DNA of 64,000 nucleotides, from the NCBI GenBank assembly GCA_963748815.1, contig CAVVKJ010000010.1:1024001-1088000 (forward strand). The letters are read 5' to 3'. Position numbers and translations under genes: made by a program. The notes under the pieces were generated by a model that made no database searches, was not told the DNA's origin, and saw only the letters and a program-made list of their open reading frames with translations. This DNA comes from an uncultured Gemmatimonadales bacterium (GTDB lineage: Bacteria; Gemmatimonadota; Gemmatimonadetes; Gemmatimonadales; GWC2-71-9). Below are positions 1-12,609 of the stretch, in pieces; position 1 is the first letter of the stretch; the number at the start of each line of letters is the position of its first letter.

Positions 1-1178
1 TTGCTTTCACACACCTCGCGGTAGCTGACATCCAACCTGTCGAGCTCGAGCTCCCACGACATCGCCTCGGCGGTTGCCCTGGCTCCCGCCCCCAGCCGCC
101 GGACCAGCGCCGGCGACCGGACCAGGGAGAGGATCCCCCGTGCCATGCCCGCGGTGTCTCCCGGAGCGTACGCAATTCCGTTGACTCCGTCCCGCAGGTG
201 ATCGGCCACCCCGCCGGCAGGCGCCGCAATCACCGGCAGACCACTCGCCATCGCCTCGAGGATCACCAGGCCGAGCGTTTCGGTATGCGACGAGAACAGG
301 AAGGCGTCCGCGCTGGCATAGAGGGTGGGGAGCATCGACAGCCGGTCGAGATTGCCAAGGAAGGAGGTCCCCTCGGGGGCCGCCGCACGCAGCGCCGCCT
401 CCCGCGGCCCGACGCCAGCGATGATGAGGCGGACCTCCCGCTCGGGAAGCGCCCGCTGCGCGGCGGCGTACCCCTCGAGAATCCGCTCCACGCCTTTTTC
501 CGCGGCGAGACGCCCCACGTGCAGCAGGAGAAAGGTGTCATCTCCCCCATACGCCTGCCGAAGCATCGGGCTTCGGTGCCTCGGGTGAAAGACACCGACG
601 TCCACCCCACGACCCCAGACTTCCACATCCGACACACCAAGCGCCGCCAGCTCCTCCTGCGCCAGGAGCCCCGGGGTGAACACCCGCCGGCTTCGGCGGT
701 GAAACCGGCCGATGTAGTCGCGGACCGTGCCCCGCAGCCAGGGCGCCCCATAGGATTCGGTGTAGCGAGAGAAGTCGGTGTGGTAGGAAGAGACTGCCGG
801 AATGCCCCGGCGCAGCGCCTGGCGCTGCCCGAGCCGCCCGATCACGAACTCGGTGGCACTGTGCACCAGGTCGGGTTGAAACGCCGAAATGGACTGGTCG
901 ATTCTCCGAAGCGCCGGCGCCGCGAGGCGGATGTCCGAATACCCCGGGAGGGGCATGCTGGGGATCGCGATCTGCCGTGGCCGTCCAGCCAGCGCCTCCG
1001 ACGCACCGAAGGGATCGGAGTCGACCGGCGGGTATGCCGGGCCGATGACTGCCACCTCCCATCCTCGCTGGAGCAGCCCGTGCACCGAGAGCGCGGTGAC
1101 CACGGAGACGCCGTTGACCTGGGGGGGGTAGGTGTCGGTGCAGTAGAGCGCCCGAAGCGGCCGGTCAGGATGTGGCAT
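1..1178 (-). CDS. Glycosyltransferase family 4 (MgtA/Agt-like), 3' end runs off the window
   Basis: Translated by hand from ATG 1178: MPHPDRPLRALYCTDTYPPQVNGVS...HVGRLAAEKG...SHTETLGLVILEAMASGLPV (GT-B EX7E motif). No stop before base 1. Confidence 0.9.
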   Translation of the reverse strand, partial: MPHPDRPLRALYCTDTYPPQVNGVSVVTALSVHGLLQRGWEVAVIGPAYPPVDSDPFGASEALAGRPRQIAIPSMPLPGYSDIRLAAPALRRIDQSISAFQPDLVHSATEFVIGRLGQRQALRRGIPAVSSYHTDFSRYTESYGAPWLRGTVRDYIGRFHRRSRRVFTPGLLAQEELAALGVSDVEVWGRGVDVGVFHPRHRSPMLRQAYGGDDTFLLLHVGRLAAEKGVERILEGYAAAQRALPEREVRLIIAGVGPREAALRAAAPEGTSFLGNLDRLSMLPTLYASADAFLFSSHTETLGLVILEAMASGLPVIAAPAGGVADHLRDGVNGIAYAPGDTAGMARGILSLVRSPALVRRLGAGARATAEAMSWELELDRLDVSYREVCES

Positions 1179-1355
1179 GGCGGGAAAAGGTGCCCGTGAC
1201 ATGCAACGAATGCACCACCGTGACGTCACGGATCGGTCACTTCGCCCCAGCGTGCCCCCTGACACGATTGATACACATACGTCGCGGGGCTGTCGCCGGC
1301 CCAGAAGACGTTGGGGTGTGCCCGAGCCGAACATGCCTTCGACCCTGGAGCCCTA

Positions 1356-2231
1356 GTGCGAAGCCCGAGCGGAATTACCCGCGTGCTCGTCGTAATTCTG
1401 GACGGACTGCGAGCGGACGCCATCCCGCTCTTTCCCCTCCCCCACCTGCGCCGACTCGCCGAACAGGGTGCATACACGCTCGCGGGTCAGACGGTCCGGC
1501 CGAGCATCACGCCCTCGGCGCTGACCTCGCTCCTCACCGGGGTGCCGCCCCGCATCCACGGCGTGGAAAGCGACCGCATCACGATCAACCGCGCACGCGG
1601 TCCCATGCTCTCCCTTCCCGCGCTCCTTCGCCGCCACGATGTACCGGTACGCGCCTTTCGGGGTCGGCTGCCCCCGCTCACGCGCGGCGTGGCCGCCCGG
1701 GTGACGGCGCGGCTGGGGATCGATGCGTCCTTCCGGGGGCATACCGCCGACGAGATCCTGGAGGCGGCGCTGCCTTCGCTCCAGGCCCACACACCGGGGG
1801 TGACCATCCTGCACTGGCTCGACGCCGACCGGGCGGGCCACGCCCAGGGCTGGGGTTCCCGCGGGTATGTCCGTGCCGCGCACCAGCTCGACGCCGCCAT
1901 GCACCGCCTGGTCCAAACCCTCGCCGTGGCGAATGACCCGTCGACCCTGCTCATCGCTTTCGCCGACCACGGCGGTGGCGGAGCCATGGCACACGACCAC
2001 AACAGCACACACCAACTCGACACCACGATTCCGATCATCCTCGCCGGTGGACAAGTCCTCCCGCAAGTTCTCGGATACGGCGCCTCCCTCCTCGATATTC
2101 CGGCCACAATCGCCTGGGCGCTGGGCGTGCACCCGCCGGCCCTGTGGACGGGACGGCCCCTGACCGAGGCAGTGCGGCTGCCAAAGCCGCTGCCGATGGT
2201 GCCGACCAGCGGGATCAGGGTCGCCGCGTGA
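1356..2231 (+). CDS. Alkaline phosphatase superfamily / nucleotide pyrophosphatase-phosphodiesterase
   Basis: Motifs ILDGLRAD, RPSITPSALTSLLTG (Thr nucleophile), DRAGH, ADHGG. Start taken at GTG 1356; the ORF track opens at 1311. Confidence 0.85.
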   Translation: MRSPSGITRVLVVILDGLRADAIPLFPLPHLRRLAEQGAYTLAGQTVRPSITPSALTSLLTGVPPRIHGVESDRITINRARGPMLSLPALLRRHDVPVRAFRGRLPPLTRGVAARVTARLGIDASFRGHTADEILEAALPSLQAHTPGVTILHWLDADRAGHAQGWGSRGYVRAAHQLDAAMHRLVQTLAVANDPSTLLIAFADHGGGGAMAHDHNSTHQLDTTIPIILAGGQVLPQVLGYGASLLDIPATIAWALGVHPPALWTGRPLTEAVRLPKPLPMVPTSGIRVAA

Positions 2232-2746
2232 CGCGCGTCCTCCGCCTGATCGGACACTTGTCGGAACGGGACCGGGGGCTCTACCGGCGCTGGTCGCTGT
2301 CGGAAGATTCTACCCGCGTGGTTCGCGAGATGTGGATTCTGATTACGCACGCCGGTGGTTCAACGGCGTCCATCGCTGCTGTCGCGCTCCCCCTCTGGCT
2401 GCGGCCCTGGGATCGCTCGGTTACGTGGAGTGCCGCTGCAAGCCTGGTCGTCTCTCACCTGATCGTGCAGGTCATCAAGCGCACCGTCGGCCGGCCGCGC
2501 CCGGACAAGCCGGTGGGCATCGGTCATCCCGATCGATTTTCCTTCCCCTCCGGGCACGCCACCTCGAGCCTCGCCGTCACGCTCGCATATGCGGTCGCAT
2601 TCCCGCACCTGACCGTCCCCCTCGTGGGGTTCGGCCTGCTGGTGGGGTGGAGCCGAGTGGTCCTCGGGGTACACTACCCCGGCGATGTCCTCGCCGGCCA
2701 GGTGATCGCGTCGGCCACGGTGCTCGGCGTCAGCCTGCTCGGCTGA
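2228..2746 (+). CDS. PAP2 family membrane phosphatase
   Basis: KRTVGRPRP, SFPSGH and SRVVLGVHYPGDV motifs. GTG start overlaps the upstream stop (GTGA). Confidence 0.9.
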   Translation: MTRVLRLIGHLSERDRGLYRRWSLSEDSTRVVREMWILITHAGGSTASIAAVALPLWLRPWDRSVTWSAAASLVVSHLIVQVIKRTVGRPRPDKPVGIGHPDRFSFPSGHATSSLAVTLAYAVAFPHLTVPLVGFGLLVGWSRVVLGVHYPGDVLAGQVIASATVLGVSLLG

Positions 2747-2764
2747 CGCCGGCGAAGCGCGGCC

Positions 2765-3202
2765 TCACACCCGCAGAAAGTCCCCCCGCCACTCCTTCAC
2801 CATCGCCTTGATCGCCTTCGGGTCCTCGACCCGCTCGTCGAGGACCCGCCTGGCCAGCGCGGGCAGCTCGGCGTCGGAGGCGAACCGGAGCGCCACCAGC
2901 TGCCCCGGCGAGAACTCCGGGATGCGCGCCTGTAGTTCGGCGGAGAGCAGCGCCGCCATCCGCAGCCGCTCCTCGAGGCGGATGACCCGGTCCTGCACCG
3001 TTACCGCGAACACCCGCATGTACCAGTACATGAGGATGAGCGCCACCGCCAGGATGAGGCCGAGCGCCGTGCCCGTGCTCGGACGGATGGCCAGGTAGTA
3101 GAGCTGCCAGCCCAGGATCGCCAACAGCAGCGCCGAGAGGAGGAAGTGATACCCCGGCACGTAGCGGGCGTGATTGGACATGTTCTGCGGTGCGACGGCC
3201 AT
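2765..3202 (-). CDS. Small membrane protein, DUF6526-like
   Basis: QNMSNHARYVP N-terminus, two TM segments, VQDRVIRLEERLR...LVALRFASDAEL...IK...WRGD..RV C-terminus. Confidence 0.7.
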   Translation of the reverse strand: MAVAPQNMSNHARYVPGYHFLLSALLLAILGWQLYYLAIRPSTGTALGLILAVALILMYWYMRVFAVTVQDRVIRLEERLRMAALLSAELQARIPEFSPGQLVALRFASDAELPALARRVLDERVEDPKAIKAMVKEWRGDFLRV

Positions 3203-3243
3203 GGCGACCTCGAATGGTGGGTTGATCGGTTCCAGCTCCAGCG

Positions 3244-4569
3244 CTACAAGACTTCTACGCCCTGCACAGTGATTCGATGGGACACGAGCGGGCGCGGTGC
3301 CGGGGCGCTGCCCCCGACCTCGATCGCGTCCGAGAGCGCCGCCTCGCCCGTGCGCAGGCCCGCGGGGTCCGCGGCATGGATCGTGGCGAGCGGCTGCCCT
3401 GTCGCGACGTGGTCGCCGGGGCGCACGGTGATCACGAACCCGACGGCGGGATCGACCCGGTCCTCCACCTTGCTCCGGCCACCACCCATCGCATTCACGC
3501 CGAGCCCAACGGCCTTCGGGTGGACCGCCGTGACTCTCCCGGTGGATGGCGCGGTGTACACGGCCGAGCAGGCCGCCTGCGGAAGCGCCGCCGGGTCGTC
3601 GACGATGGCAGGATTTCCGCCCTGCGCCTCGATGATCTCGGCAAACTTGCGCAGCGCCGCGCCGGAGGTGATCGTCGCCTGCAGGCGCCGCCGGGCCGCG
3701 GCATCGTCGCCCTCCACGCCCGACGCCTTCAGCATTTCCACCCCCAGCGCGAGCGTGACCTCCAGGAGGTCGCCTGGCCCCTCACCCCGAAGGGCGAGGA
3801 GAGATTCTTCCACCTCCAGGGCGTTGCCGCAGGCGTTGCCCAGGGGACGGTCCATTGCCGTCACGAGCGCCACGGTGCGTACTCCACTCGACTCTCCCAG
3901 GGCGATCATCGTGTGAGCCAGCCGGAGGGCGTCTCCCTCGTCGGGGAGGAACGCCCCGCTCCCCGCCTTCACGTCGAGCACCAGCGCGTTGAGTCCTTCG
4001 GCGAGCTTCTTCGACATGATGCTCGCGGCGATGAGCGGCACCGAGGGCACCGTTCCGGTCACGTCGCGAAGGGCGTAGAGCCGGCGGTCCACCGGGGCGA
4101 TCTCCGGCGTCTGGCCGAACAGGGCGCAGCCGAGCCGGCGAACCTGCGCCAGGGCATCCGGCAGCGTCAACTGGGTCGAGAAGCCGGGAATCGACTCCAG
4201 TTTGTCGAGCGTCCCCCCGGTGTGGCCGAGTCCCCGGCCCGACATCATCGGCACCGACACGCCGCAGCAGGCGAGCATCGGAGCCAGGAGGAGCGAGGTC
4301 TTGTCGCCCACCCCACCGGTGGAGTGCTTGTCGACGCGCGGCGCGTCCCCCTCGTCGAACCGGAGCCGGGCCCCCGAGGCCAGCATGGCGGCGGTGAGCT
4401 CCGCCAGCTCGGCGGTGGTCAGACCCCGCCAGACCACCGCCATCAGCAGCGCCGACATCTGGTAGTCGGGAATCTCCTCCGCGGCGTAGGCGCGGACGAT
4501 GGCCGACCAGGTGCCCGGCGGGAGCTCGGCCCCGTCTCGCTTGCATTCGATGAGCGATGGAATCACCAT
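3244..4569 (-). CDS. pdp: Thymidine / pyrimidine-nucleoside phosphorylase
   Basis: IECKRDG, DKHSTGGVGDK, SGRGLGHTGGTLDKLESIPG, SIMSKK motifs. Confidence 0.95.
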   Translation of the reverse strand: MVIPSLIECKRDGAELPPGTWSAIVRAYAAEEIPDYQMSALLMAVVWRGLTTAELAELTAAMLASGARLRFDEGDAPRVDKHSTGGVGDKTSLLLAPMLACCGVSVPMMSGRGLGHTGGTLDKLESIPGFSTQLTLPDALAQVRRLGCALFGQTPEIAPVDRRLYALRDVTGTVPSVPLIAASIMSKKLAEGLNALVLDVKAGSGAFLPDEGDALRLAHTMIALGESSGVRTVALVTAMDRPLGNACGNALEVEESLLALRGEGPGDLLEVTLALGVEMLKASGVEGDDAAARRRLQATITSGAALRKFAEIIEAQGGNPAIVDDPAALPQAACSAVYTAPSTGRVTAVHPKAVGLGVNAMGGGRSKVEDRVDPAVGFVITVRPGDHVATGQPLATIHAADPAGLRTGEAALSDAIEVGGSAPAPRPLVSHRITVQGVEVL

Positions 4570-4615
4570 TAAGGACATCCTCCCGAACCGATGGACCCCC
4601 ACACCCGGAGCCGAA

Positions 4616-5392
4616 GTGCGCCTGCTGCCCGCCGTCCTCTTCGCGGCACTCCTCGCCGCCCCGGCAGCCGCCCAGACGGTCCCGGACCTGGTGGCGGCCG
4701 GCGTGACGGCGATGGACGCCCGGAACCCGGTGGCGGCGCTGGCGGACTACCAGCGGGCCATGGCACTCGATTCGACGAGTTACGAGGCCAACTGGCGGGG
4801 TTCGATCGCCGCGGTGGACATCGGCAAGCAGACACCGGACAGCATCCCCGACCCGACCCGCGACTCGCTGTACCGACTGGCCGAAAGGTACGCCAGCCGG
4901 GCCGTCGCGGCGAACCCCGAGGGGGCCGACGGCTGGTTCGCGCTGGCCAACGCCATCGGTCGCACGTCGCTCACCCTGGGGAAGAAGGAACGGGTTCAGC
5001 GCGCCGCGGAAATCCGCGAGGCGGCGCTCCGGGCCATCGAGCTCAACCCCAGGCAGGATGGCGCCTTCCATGTCATGGGACGGTGGAACGCCGAGATCAT
5101 GCGACTCTCCGGGTTGCAGCGGTTCTTCGCCAAGAACTTCCTGGGCGGGGCGGTGTTCAGCGAGGCGTCGTGGGACAACGCGGTGGCGTATATGAAGCGT
5201 GCCATTCAGCTTCGGCCCGAGTTCATCTATCACCATTACGACCTGGCGCTGATCTACATCGATACCAAGCAGTGGTCCCTCGCCCGCGAGCAGCTGCAGG
5301 CCATTCCACCCCTGCCGCTGATCGACGTCATGGATCCGGTCTGGAAGAACGAGGCCGCCAGCCTCCTCCAGTCCCTCGCGAACAAGAAATAA
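4616..5392 (+). CDS. Secreted TPR-like helical repeat protein
   Basis: Signal peptide ending AAAQ, followed by TPR-like repeats (ALADYQRAMALDS, RAIELNP, RAIQLRP). Confidence 0.75.
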   Translation: MRLLPAVLFAALLAAPAAAQTVPDLVAAGVTAMDARNPVAALADYQRAMALDSTSYEANWRGSIAAVDIGKQTPDSIPDPTRDSLYRLAERYASRAVAANPEGADGWFALANAIGRTSLTLGKKERVQRAAEIREAALRAIELNPRQDGAFHVMGRWNAEIMRLSGLQRFFAKNFLGGAVFSEASWDNAVAYMKRAIQLRPEFIYHHYDLALIYIDTKQWSLAREQLQAIPPLPLIDVMDPVWKNEAASLLQSLANKK

Positions 5393-5406
5393 CAGGACGG
5401 CCTCTC

Positions 5407-8195
<2,789 letters not shown>

Positions 8196-8216
8196 TCTTC
8201 CGGCGAGGAGATACCC

Positions 8217-8780
8217 ATGACGAGCCCTGCCCCGTTTTCCCAGTACCAGTGCCTCGGCCTCGGCCGCCGCGCCCTGCACCAGCTCCGCGCCAGCCTCGAC
8301 CGCGATCGCGGCGTGCAGACCGCGGCGCTGCTCCAGGAAGCCGGCGTGGCCGGCGGCGAAGGGCTCTTCAGCGCCTTCAGCGCCTGGCTCCAGACCGCCT
8401 ACGGGGTGGTCCAGCCGGGCGACCTCGACGCCGCCTACCTGCCGGAGGCGCTGCGCGGTTTTTTCGGGGATTATGGATGGGGAACGCTGACGGTCAGCGA
8501 ACTCGCGCCGGCAGTGATGGCGCTCGACAGTGACGACTGGGCGGAGGCCGCCCCCGACCAGGGCAGCTCCTACCCCGCCTGCCACCTCACCAGCGGGATG
8601 CTGGCCGATTTCCTCGGCCGGATGGCCGAGAGCCAGGTCGCGGTCATGGAAGTCGAGTGCCGGACGCGCGGCGACGACAAGTGCCGGTTCCTCGTCGGCG
8701 CGCCGGACTCCCTCTCGGTGCTCTACGACCGGATGTCGAGAGGGTTGACGTACGTCGAGGCGCTGGGACCGGCCACGTAG
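8217..8780 (+). CDS. Stand-alone V4R domain protein
   Basis: GWG, ACHLTSGMLADF and VMEVECRTRGDDKCRF, typical of V4R. Confidence 0.85.
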   Translation: MTSPAPFSQYQCLGLGRRALHQLRASLDRDRGVQTAALLQEAGVAGGEGLFSAFSAWLQTAYGVVQPGDLDAAYLPEALRGFFGDYGWGTLTVSELAPAVMALDSDDWAEAAPDQGSSYPACHLTSGMLADFLGRMAESQVAVMEVECRTRGDDKCRFLVGAPDSLSVLYDRMSRGLTYVEALGPAT

Positions 8781-8819
8781 CGCGCCCCCCCCGGCCTGGG
8801 AGCGCGCCGCGGGGCGCCC

Positions 8820-9872
8820 TTACGGCTGCTGCTTGAGCACCACGTCGCCCGACGCGGTGTCGATCGAAATCCTTCCCTGACCGTCGCCAATCGTCCCCAC
8901 CAGTCCGTCCCGGCCCTTCCGCGTCACCTGCAACGGGAACTCCGTCGTGATGTCCCCGCTGCTGGTCTCGATTTCCACCGACGCGCCCAGCGACTTCGGC
9001 GCCGACACTTCCACATCGCCGGATCCGGTGTCGACCGAGAGGTGGTCGACGTCGACGGTCAGGCCGATCCGGATGTCGCCGCTGCCGGTGTCGATCTCCA
9101 CGCTCTTCACCGCCGCTCCCGACACAATCACGTTGCCGGAGCCGGTGTCCACCGAGAGCGCATCGGCGGTGAGGCCGTCGACGTGCACATCGCCGGAGCC
9201 GGTATCCACCGAGAGCTCGTCGCCCTCGATCGAACTGAGAACGATGTTGCCCGAGCCGGTGTCGATGGAGAGGGAGCCGTCGTGCCCGGAGAGGGTCACG
9301 TCGCCGGAGCCGGTGTCGATCGAGAGGGCGCCCGCCGTGCCGGTGGCGGCAACGTCGCCACTGGCCGTCTCCACGTCGATGGTCCCATTCACGTTGGCCA
9401 GCGTCACCTTGCCGACGCCGATATTCACATCAATGCGCGTTCCCTTGGGGAGCCGCAGTCGGATATCCGCCCACGCCGTGAGGCTGCCGTCGCGAGCGGT
9501 AATCTTCACCTTCCGCCCCGCGTTCTCGTGACGACCATCGTCGTTGAAGGTGCCGTCCTCCCGGACCCGCATCGACGTCTCGGAGTTGTTGCCCATCGCG
9601 GGATAGCTGAACGACGTGCCGGGGTAGAGTACGGTCAATTTCCCGGCGGTGTTCTGGATGGTGAGCCTGGCCCCGTCCTTTCCGCCGCGGGACACCTCCG
9701 CGACCACCGCGTTGCCGGAGGAGGGCTCGATCTGAAGGGTCCCGATGAGGTTATACAGCTCGGGGTGGGATCCGGAGAGTTCGAAGCGCTCGGCCTGCTG
9801 GGCCGCGAGGGCCGCGAGGGGGGCCGCGGTCAGCAGGACCGAAGCGACGACGAGTCGGACAGGATGGGTCAC
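8820..9872 (-). CDS. Secreted DUF4097 family beta-strand repeat protein
   Basis: Signal peptide and many (V/I)(D/E)T(G/A/S)SG(D/N) repeats. Confidence 0.85.
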   Translation of the reverse strand: MTHPVRLVVASVLLTAAPLAALAAQQAERFELSGSHPELYNLIGTLQIEPSSGNAVVAEVSRGGKDGARLTIQNTAGKLTVLYPGTSFSYPAMGNNSETSMRVREDGTFNDDGRHENAGRKVKITARDGSLTAWADIRLRLPKGTRIDVNIGVGKVTLANVNGTIDVETASGDVAATGTAGALSIDTGSGDVTLSGHDGSLSIDTGSGNIVLSSIEGDELSVDTGSGDVHVDGLTADALSVDTGSGNVIVSGAAVKSVEIDTGSGDIRIGLTVDVDHLSVDTGSGDVEVSAPKSLGASVEIETSSGDITTEFPLQVTRKGRDGLVGTIGDGQGRISIDTASGDVVLKQQP

Positions 9873-9907
9873 GGTGCGAGCTCCTGAGGGAGGGTATCAG
9901 GAGGTTG

Positions 9908-9934
9908 GACGGGGGGATTTGAAAAAAGGTTGCA
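9908..9934 (-). promoter_or_regulatory. Putative ECF sigma promoter for the DUF4097 gene
   Basis: Minus strand TGCAAC-N17-CGTC about 35 nt upstream of the start, matching the AAC...CGT ECF pattern. Confidence 0.5.
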
Positions 9935-9940
9935 ACCGGC

Positions 9941-11236
9941 CTATCTCGGCGCGACCGAGACCCCGTCCAGGAGGATGGGCGGCATGGCGAGGCTCCCCCG
10001 CCATTCGACGTCGCGGCCAAGCCCGCCGAGGCGGCCCAGGAGTTCAAAGGCGTTGCCGGCCACCGCGGCATCCCTGACCCGACCCACGACCTCCCCGCCC
10101 GTGACGCGGTAGGCGAGCGCCACGGGATGGGAGAACGCCCCGCCGATGACGTTTCCCTGTCCCACGCCGATCAGTTCGTCGACGATGAGCCCGTCCGGAA
10201 TTTTCGCGACGAGCTCATCCCACGTCAGGTCACCGGGAGCCACGACCAGGTTCGAGTAGGAAGCCTGCGGCTTGCCGAAGGTCGGTCGCCGGGCGTGGCC
10301 GGTCGCCGGCACGCCGGCACGGGCCGCCGTTTCCAGGTCGTAGATGAAGCCGGCGACGATGCCATCCTTGATCAGCGGGAGGCGACGGGTCACCACGCCT
10401 TCATCGTCGATGGCGCGGGAACCCGGCGCCCCGGCGGCCCACGGATCGTCGGTCAGGGACAGCGAGGGATCGAAGACACGGTCGCCGACCCGGTTCGCAA
10501 GCGGTGAGATTCCGTGCAGCACGGCCTTCCCCTGGAAGGCCTGCCGGAGCGGAAGCAGGAGCGCGGCGGCACCCGCCGCCGTGAAGAGGACAGGCAGCTC
10601 CCCGCGCGGGGGCGGGGCGGCGCGCTCCGCCCAGCGCGCCCGGCGCCGGATCGACTCGGCGAGGGCGGCGACGACGGGCTCAGCGGGGAGGTCCGCGGCC
10701 GCGTGGTAGTCGCCGACGATCAGGATATCGTCGCCGGCGACCCGGGTGATCTCCGCCGCCAGCGACACCGCCGTCACGTCGTAGCTCGCCTCCACGCCCC
10801 GGGTATTCGCGACCCGCACCGAACCGGCACTCCGCTCCACCGTCACGTTCACCTGCCACCCGTCGTGCGAGAGCCGCTCGACCAGCCCCTGCCCCACGGC
10901 GGCGAGATCCGCCACCGACGCGACGGCGGCGCCCGGCGAATGCGTTCGGACGGGGGGGAGTGACGCAGGAACCGGCAGGTGGAAATCCACGGTATCACCG
11001 AGTTCGGCGGAGGCCAGGGCGGCCTCGACGACCCCATCCGGGTGGGCCGCGGTCGTGCCCGCGACGCCCAGCCGTCCCCCCGCGAAGACGCGCAGGTTGA
11101 CGCCCTGCTCCTGCGACCAGGAGGTGCTCTTGAGCCGTCCCGATTCGAAGAGCAGGGTGACGGTCTCGTCGGTCTTGAGCGTCGCGTCGGCGGCTTCGGC
11201 GCGGGCGAGCGCCTGTTCGAGGAGGCGGACGATCAT
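9941..11236 (-). CDS. pmbA: TldD/PmbA family protein (PmbA/TldE-like subunit)
   Basis: Family motifs (DDEGV, GAFS, AVAGNAFELL), no HExxH, overlaps tldD. Confidence 0.85.
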   Translation of the reverse strand: MIVRLLEQALARAEAADATLKTDETVTLLFESGRLKSTSWSQEQGVNLRVFAGGRLGVAGTTAAHPDGVVEAALASAELGDTVDFHLPVPASLPPVRTHSPGAAVASVADLAAVGQGLVERLSHDGWQVNVTVERSAGSVRVANTRGVEASYDVTAVSLAAEITRVAGDDILIVGDYHAAADLPAEPVVAALAESIRRRARWAERAAPPPRGELPVLFTAAGAAALLLPLRQAFQGKAVLHGISPLANRVGDRVFDPSLSLTDDPWAAGAPGSRAIDDEGVVTRRLPLIKDGIVAGFIYDLETAARAGVPATGHARRPTFGKPQASYSNLVVAPGDLTWDELVAKIPDGLIVDELIGVGQGNVIGGAFSHPVALAYRVTGGEVVGRVRDAAVAGNAFELLGRLGGLGRDVEWRGSLAMPPILLDGVSVAPR

Positions 11237-12609
11237 GCGACGCTCCCGCCGACCAGGGCCTCGCTGATCCGGACGTGCGGCGCCCCCTCGGAGACCGGCA
11301 GCGGCGCCTGGCCCCCCTTGCCGCAGCCGCCGCCGAGTTCGTTCCACTGGAAATCGCCGGCGATGCGGTCGATGCGGTCCATCGTCTGGAAGAGGTTGCC
11401 CGCGATGACGACGTCCTTGACGAGCTCGGCGAGCTGGCCGTCGCGAATCATGTAGCCGTGGCCCGCGGTGAAGGAGAAGTCCTCGAGGTGGGTCTGTCCG
11501 CCCTGGGCGTCGCAGGCGTAGATCCCCAGGGGGATGTCCCGGATGAGGTCGTCGCGCGTCCCGCTCCCGTTGGCGATGTAGGTGTTGGTCATCCGGACGA
11601 TCGGCGGGTGGCGGAAGGAGAGGGCCCGCGCGTTGCCGGTCGGGGCCTCGCCCATCCGGGCGGCGGTCTCGCGGGAGTGAAGCCGGCCGACGAGGACGCC
11701 GTTCTGGATCAGCACCGTGTTCCGGGTCGGCGTCCCCTCGTCGTCGTAGGGGAGCGTGCCGCGGAGGGCGGCGGCGCTCCCGTCGTCGCCGATGGTCAGC
11801 TCCGGCCCGCCGAAGCGCCGGCCGAGGGTCATCATCTCGCGCGCCTGCGCGTTCTCGTAGATGAAGTCGGCCTCGCTCAGGTGCCCGAACGCCTCGTGGA
11901 CGAAGACACCGGCGAGCTTCGGGTCCAGGACGACGGGATAGGTGCCGCCGCGCACCCGCGGCGCGTCGAGCAGGGCCACCGCGCGATCGGCCGCGGCGAG
12001 GAACTGGTCCTCGCGGTGCTGGACGGCATCCCAGCCGGCGCGCCGCCCAAGCGACTCGAGCGCCCGCTCGATGGTCCCCCGGTCGCGCGCCACCGCCACG
12101 GCAGACAGGGTGACCTCAGGCCGGACTTCCGAGAGCAGCGTGCCGTCGGAATTGGCGTACCAGTACTCGACGACCTCATCGCGATAGGCGGCCTGGGTGT
12201 CGACGATCCGCCGGTCCCGCCCGCGCATCAGCGCGTTGAGCGACTCGAGGTGCCGCTTCTTGACGTCGAGGGGAATGCCGCGCACATCGCCGCCGAGCGG
12301 GAGGGCGATATCGGCCTCCCGCACCGGCACCTCTGCCAGCCGGATCGGGGCGTCGAGCCGCACGGCGAGCGAGAGCTCGTGGGCCCGCGCCACCATGGCG
12401 GGGAGGTTGTCGAGGGAGGTGAAGCTCGCCATGCCCCAGCCGAAGCCGCGATTGAGGCAGCGCACGAACCCGCCCTCGTCGCTGCTCACCATGGCCCCCT
12501 CCAGGCGGGGGCCGCGGAAGGTCACCGCGGAGGTGGTGCTGCGCTCGAGGCGGATTTCGGTGTAGTCAGCCCGGGAGGACTGAATGGCGTCACGGAGCCG
12601 GTTCTTCAC
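11233..12609 (-). CDS. tldD: TldD metalloprotease
   Basis: HEAFGHLSEAD metal motif, RMTNTYI, GCGKGGQ. Confidence 0.92.
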   Translation of the reverse strand: MKNRLRDAIQSSRADYTEIRLERSTTSAVTFRGPRLEGAMVSSDEGGFVRCLNRGFGWGMASFTSLDNLPAMVARAHELSLAVRLDAPIRLAEVPVREADIALPLGGDVRGIPLDVKKRHLESLNALMRGRDRRIVDTQAAYRDEVVEYWYANSDGTLLSEVRPEVTLSAVAVARDRGTIERALESLGRRAGWDAVQHREDQFLAAADRAVALLDAPRVRGGTYPVVLDPKLAGVFVHEAFGHLSEADFIYENAQAREMMTLGRRFGGPELTIGDDGSAAALRGTLPYDDEGTPTRNTVLIQNGVLVGRLHSRETAARMGEAPTGNARALSFRHPPIVRMTNTYIANGSGTRDDLIRDIPLGIYACDAQGGQTHLEDFSFTAGHGYMIRDGQLAELVKDVVIAGNLFQTMDRIDRIAGDFQWNELGGGCGKGGQAPLPVSEGAPHVRISEALVGGSVA

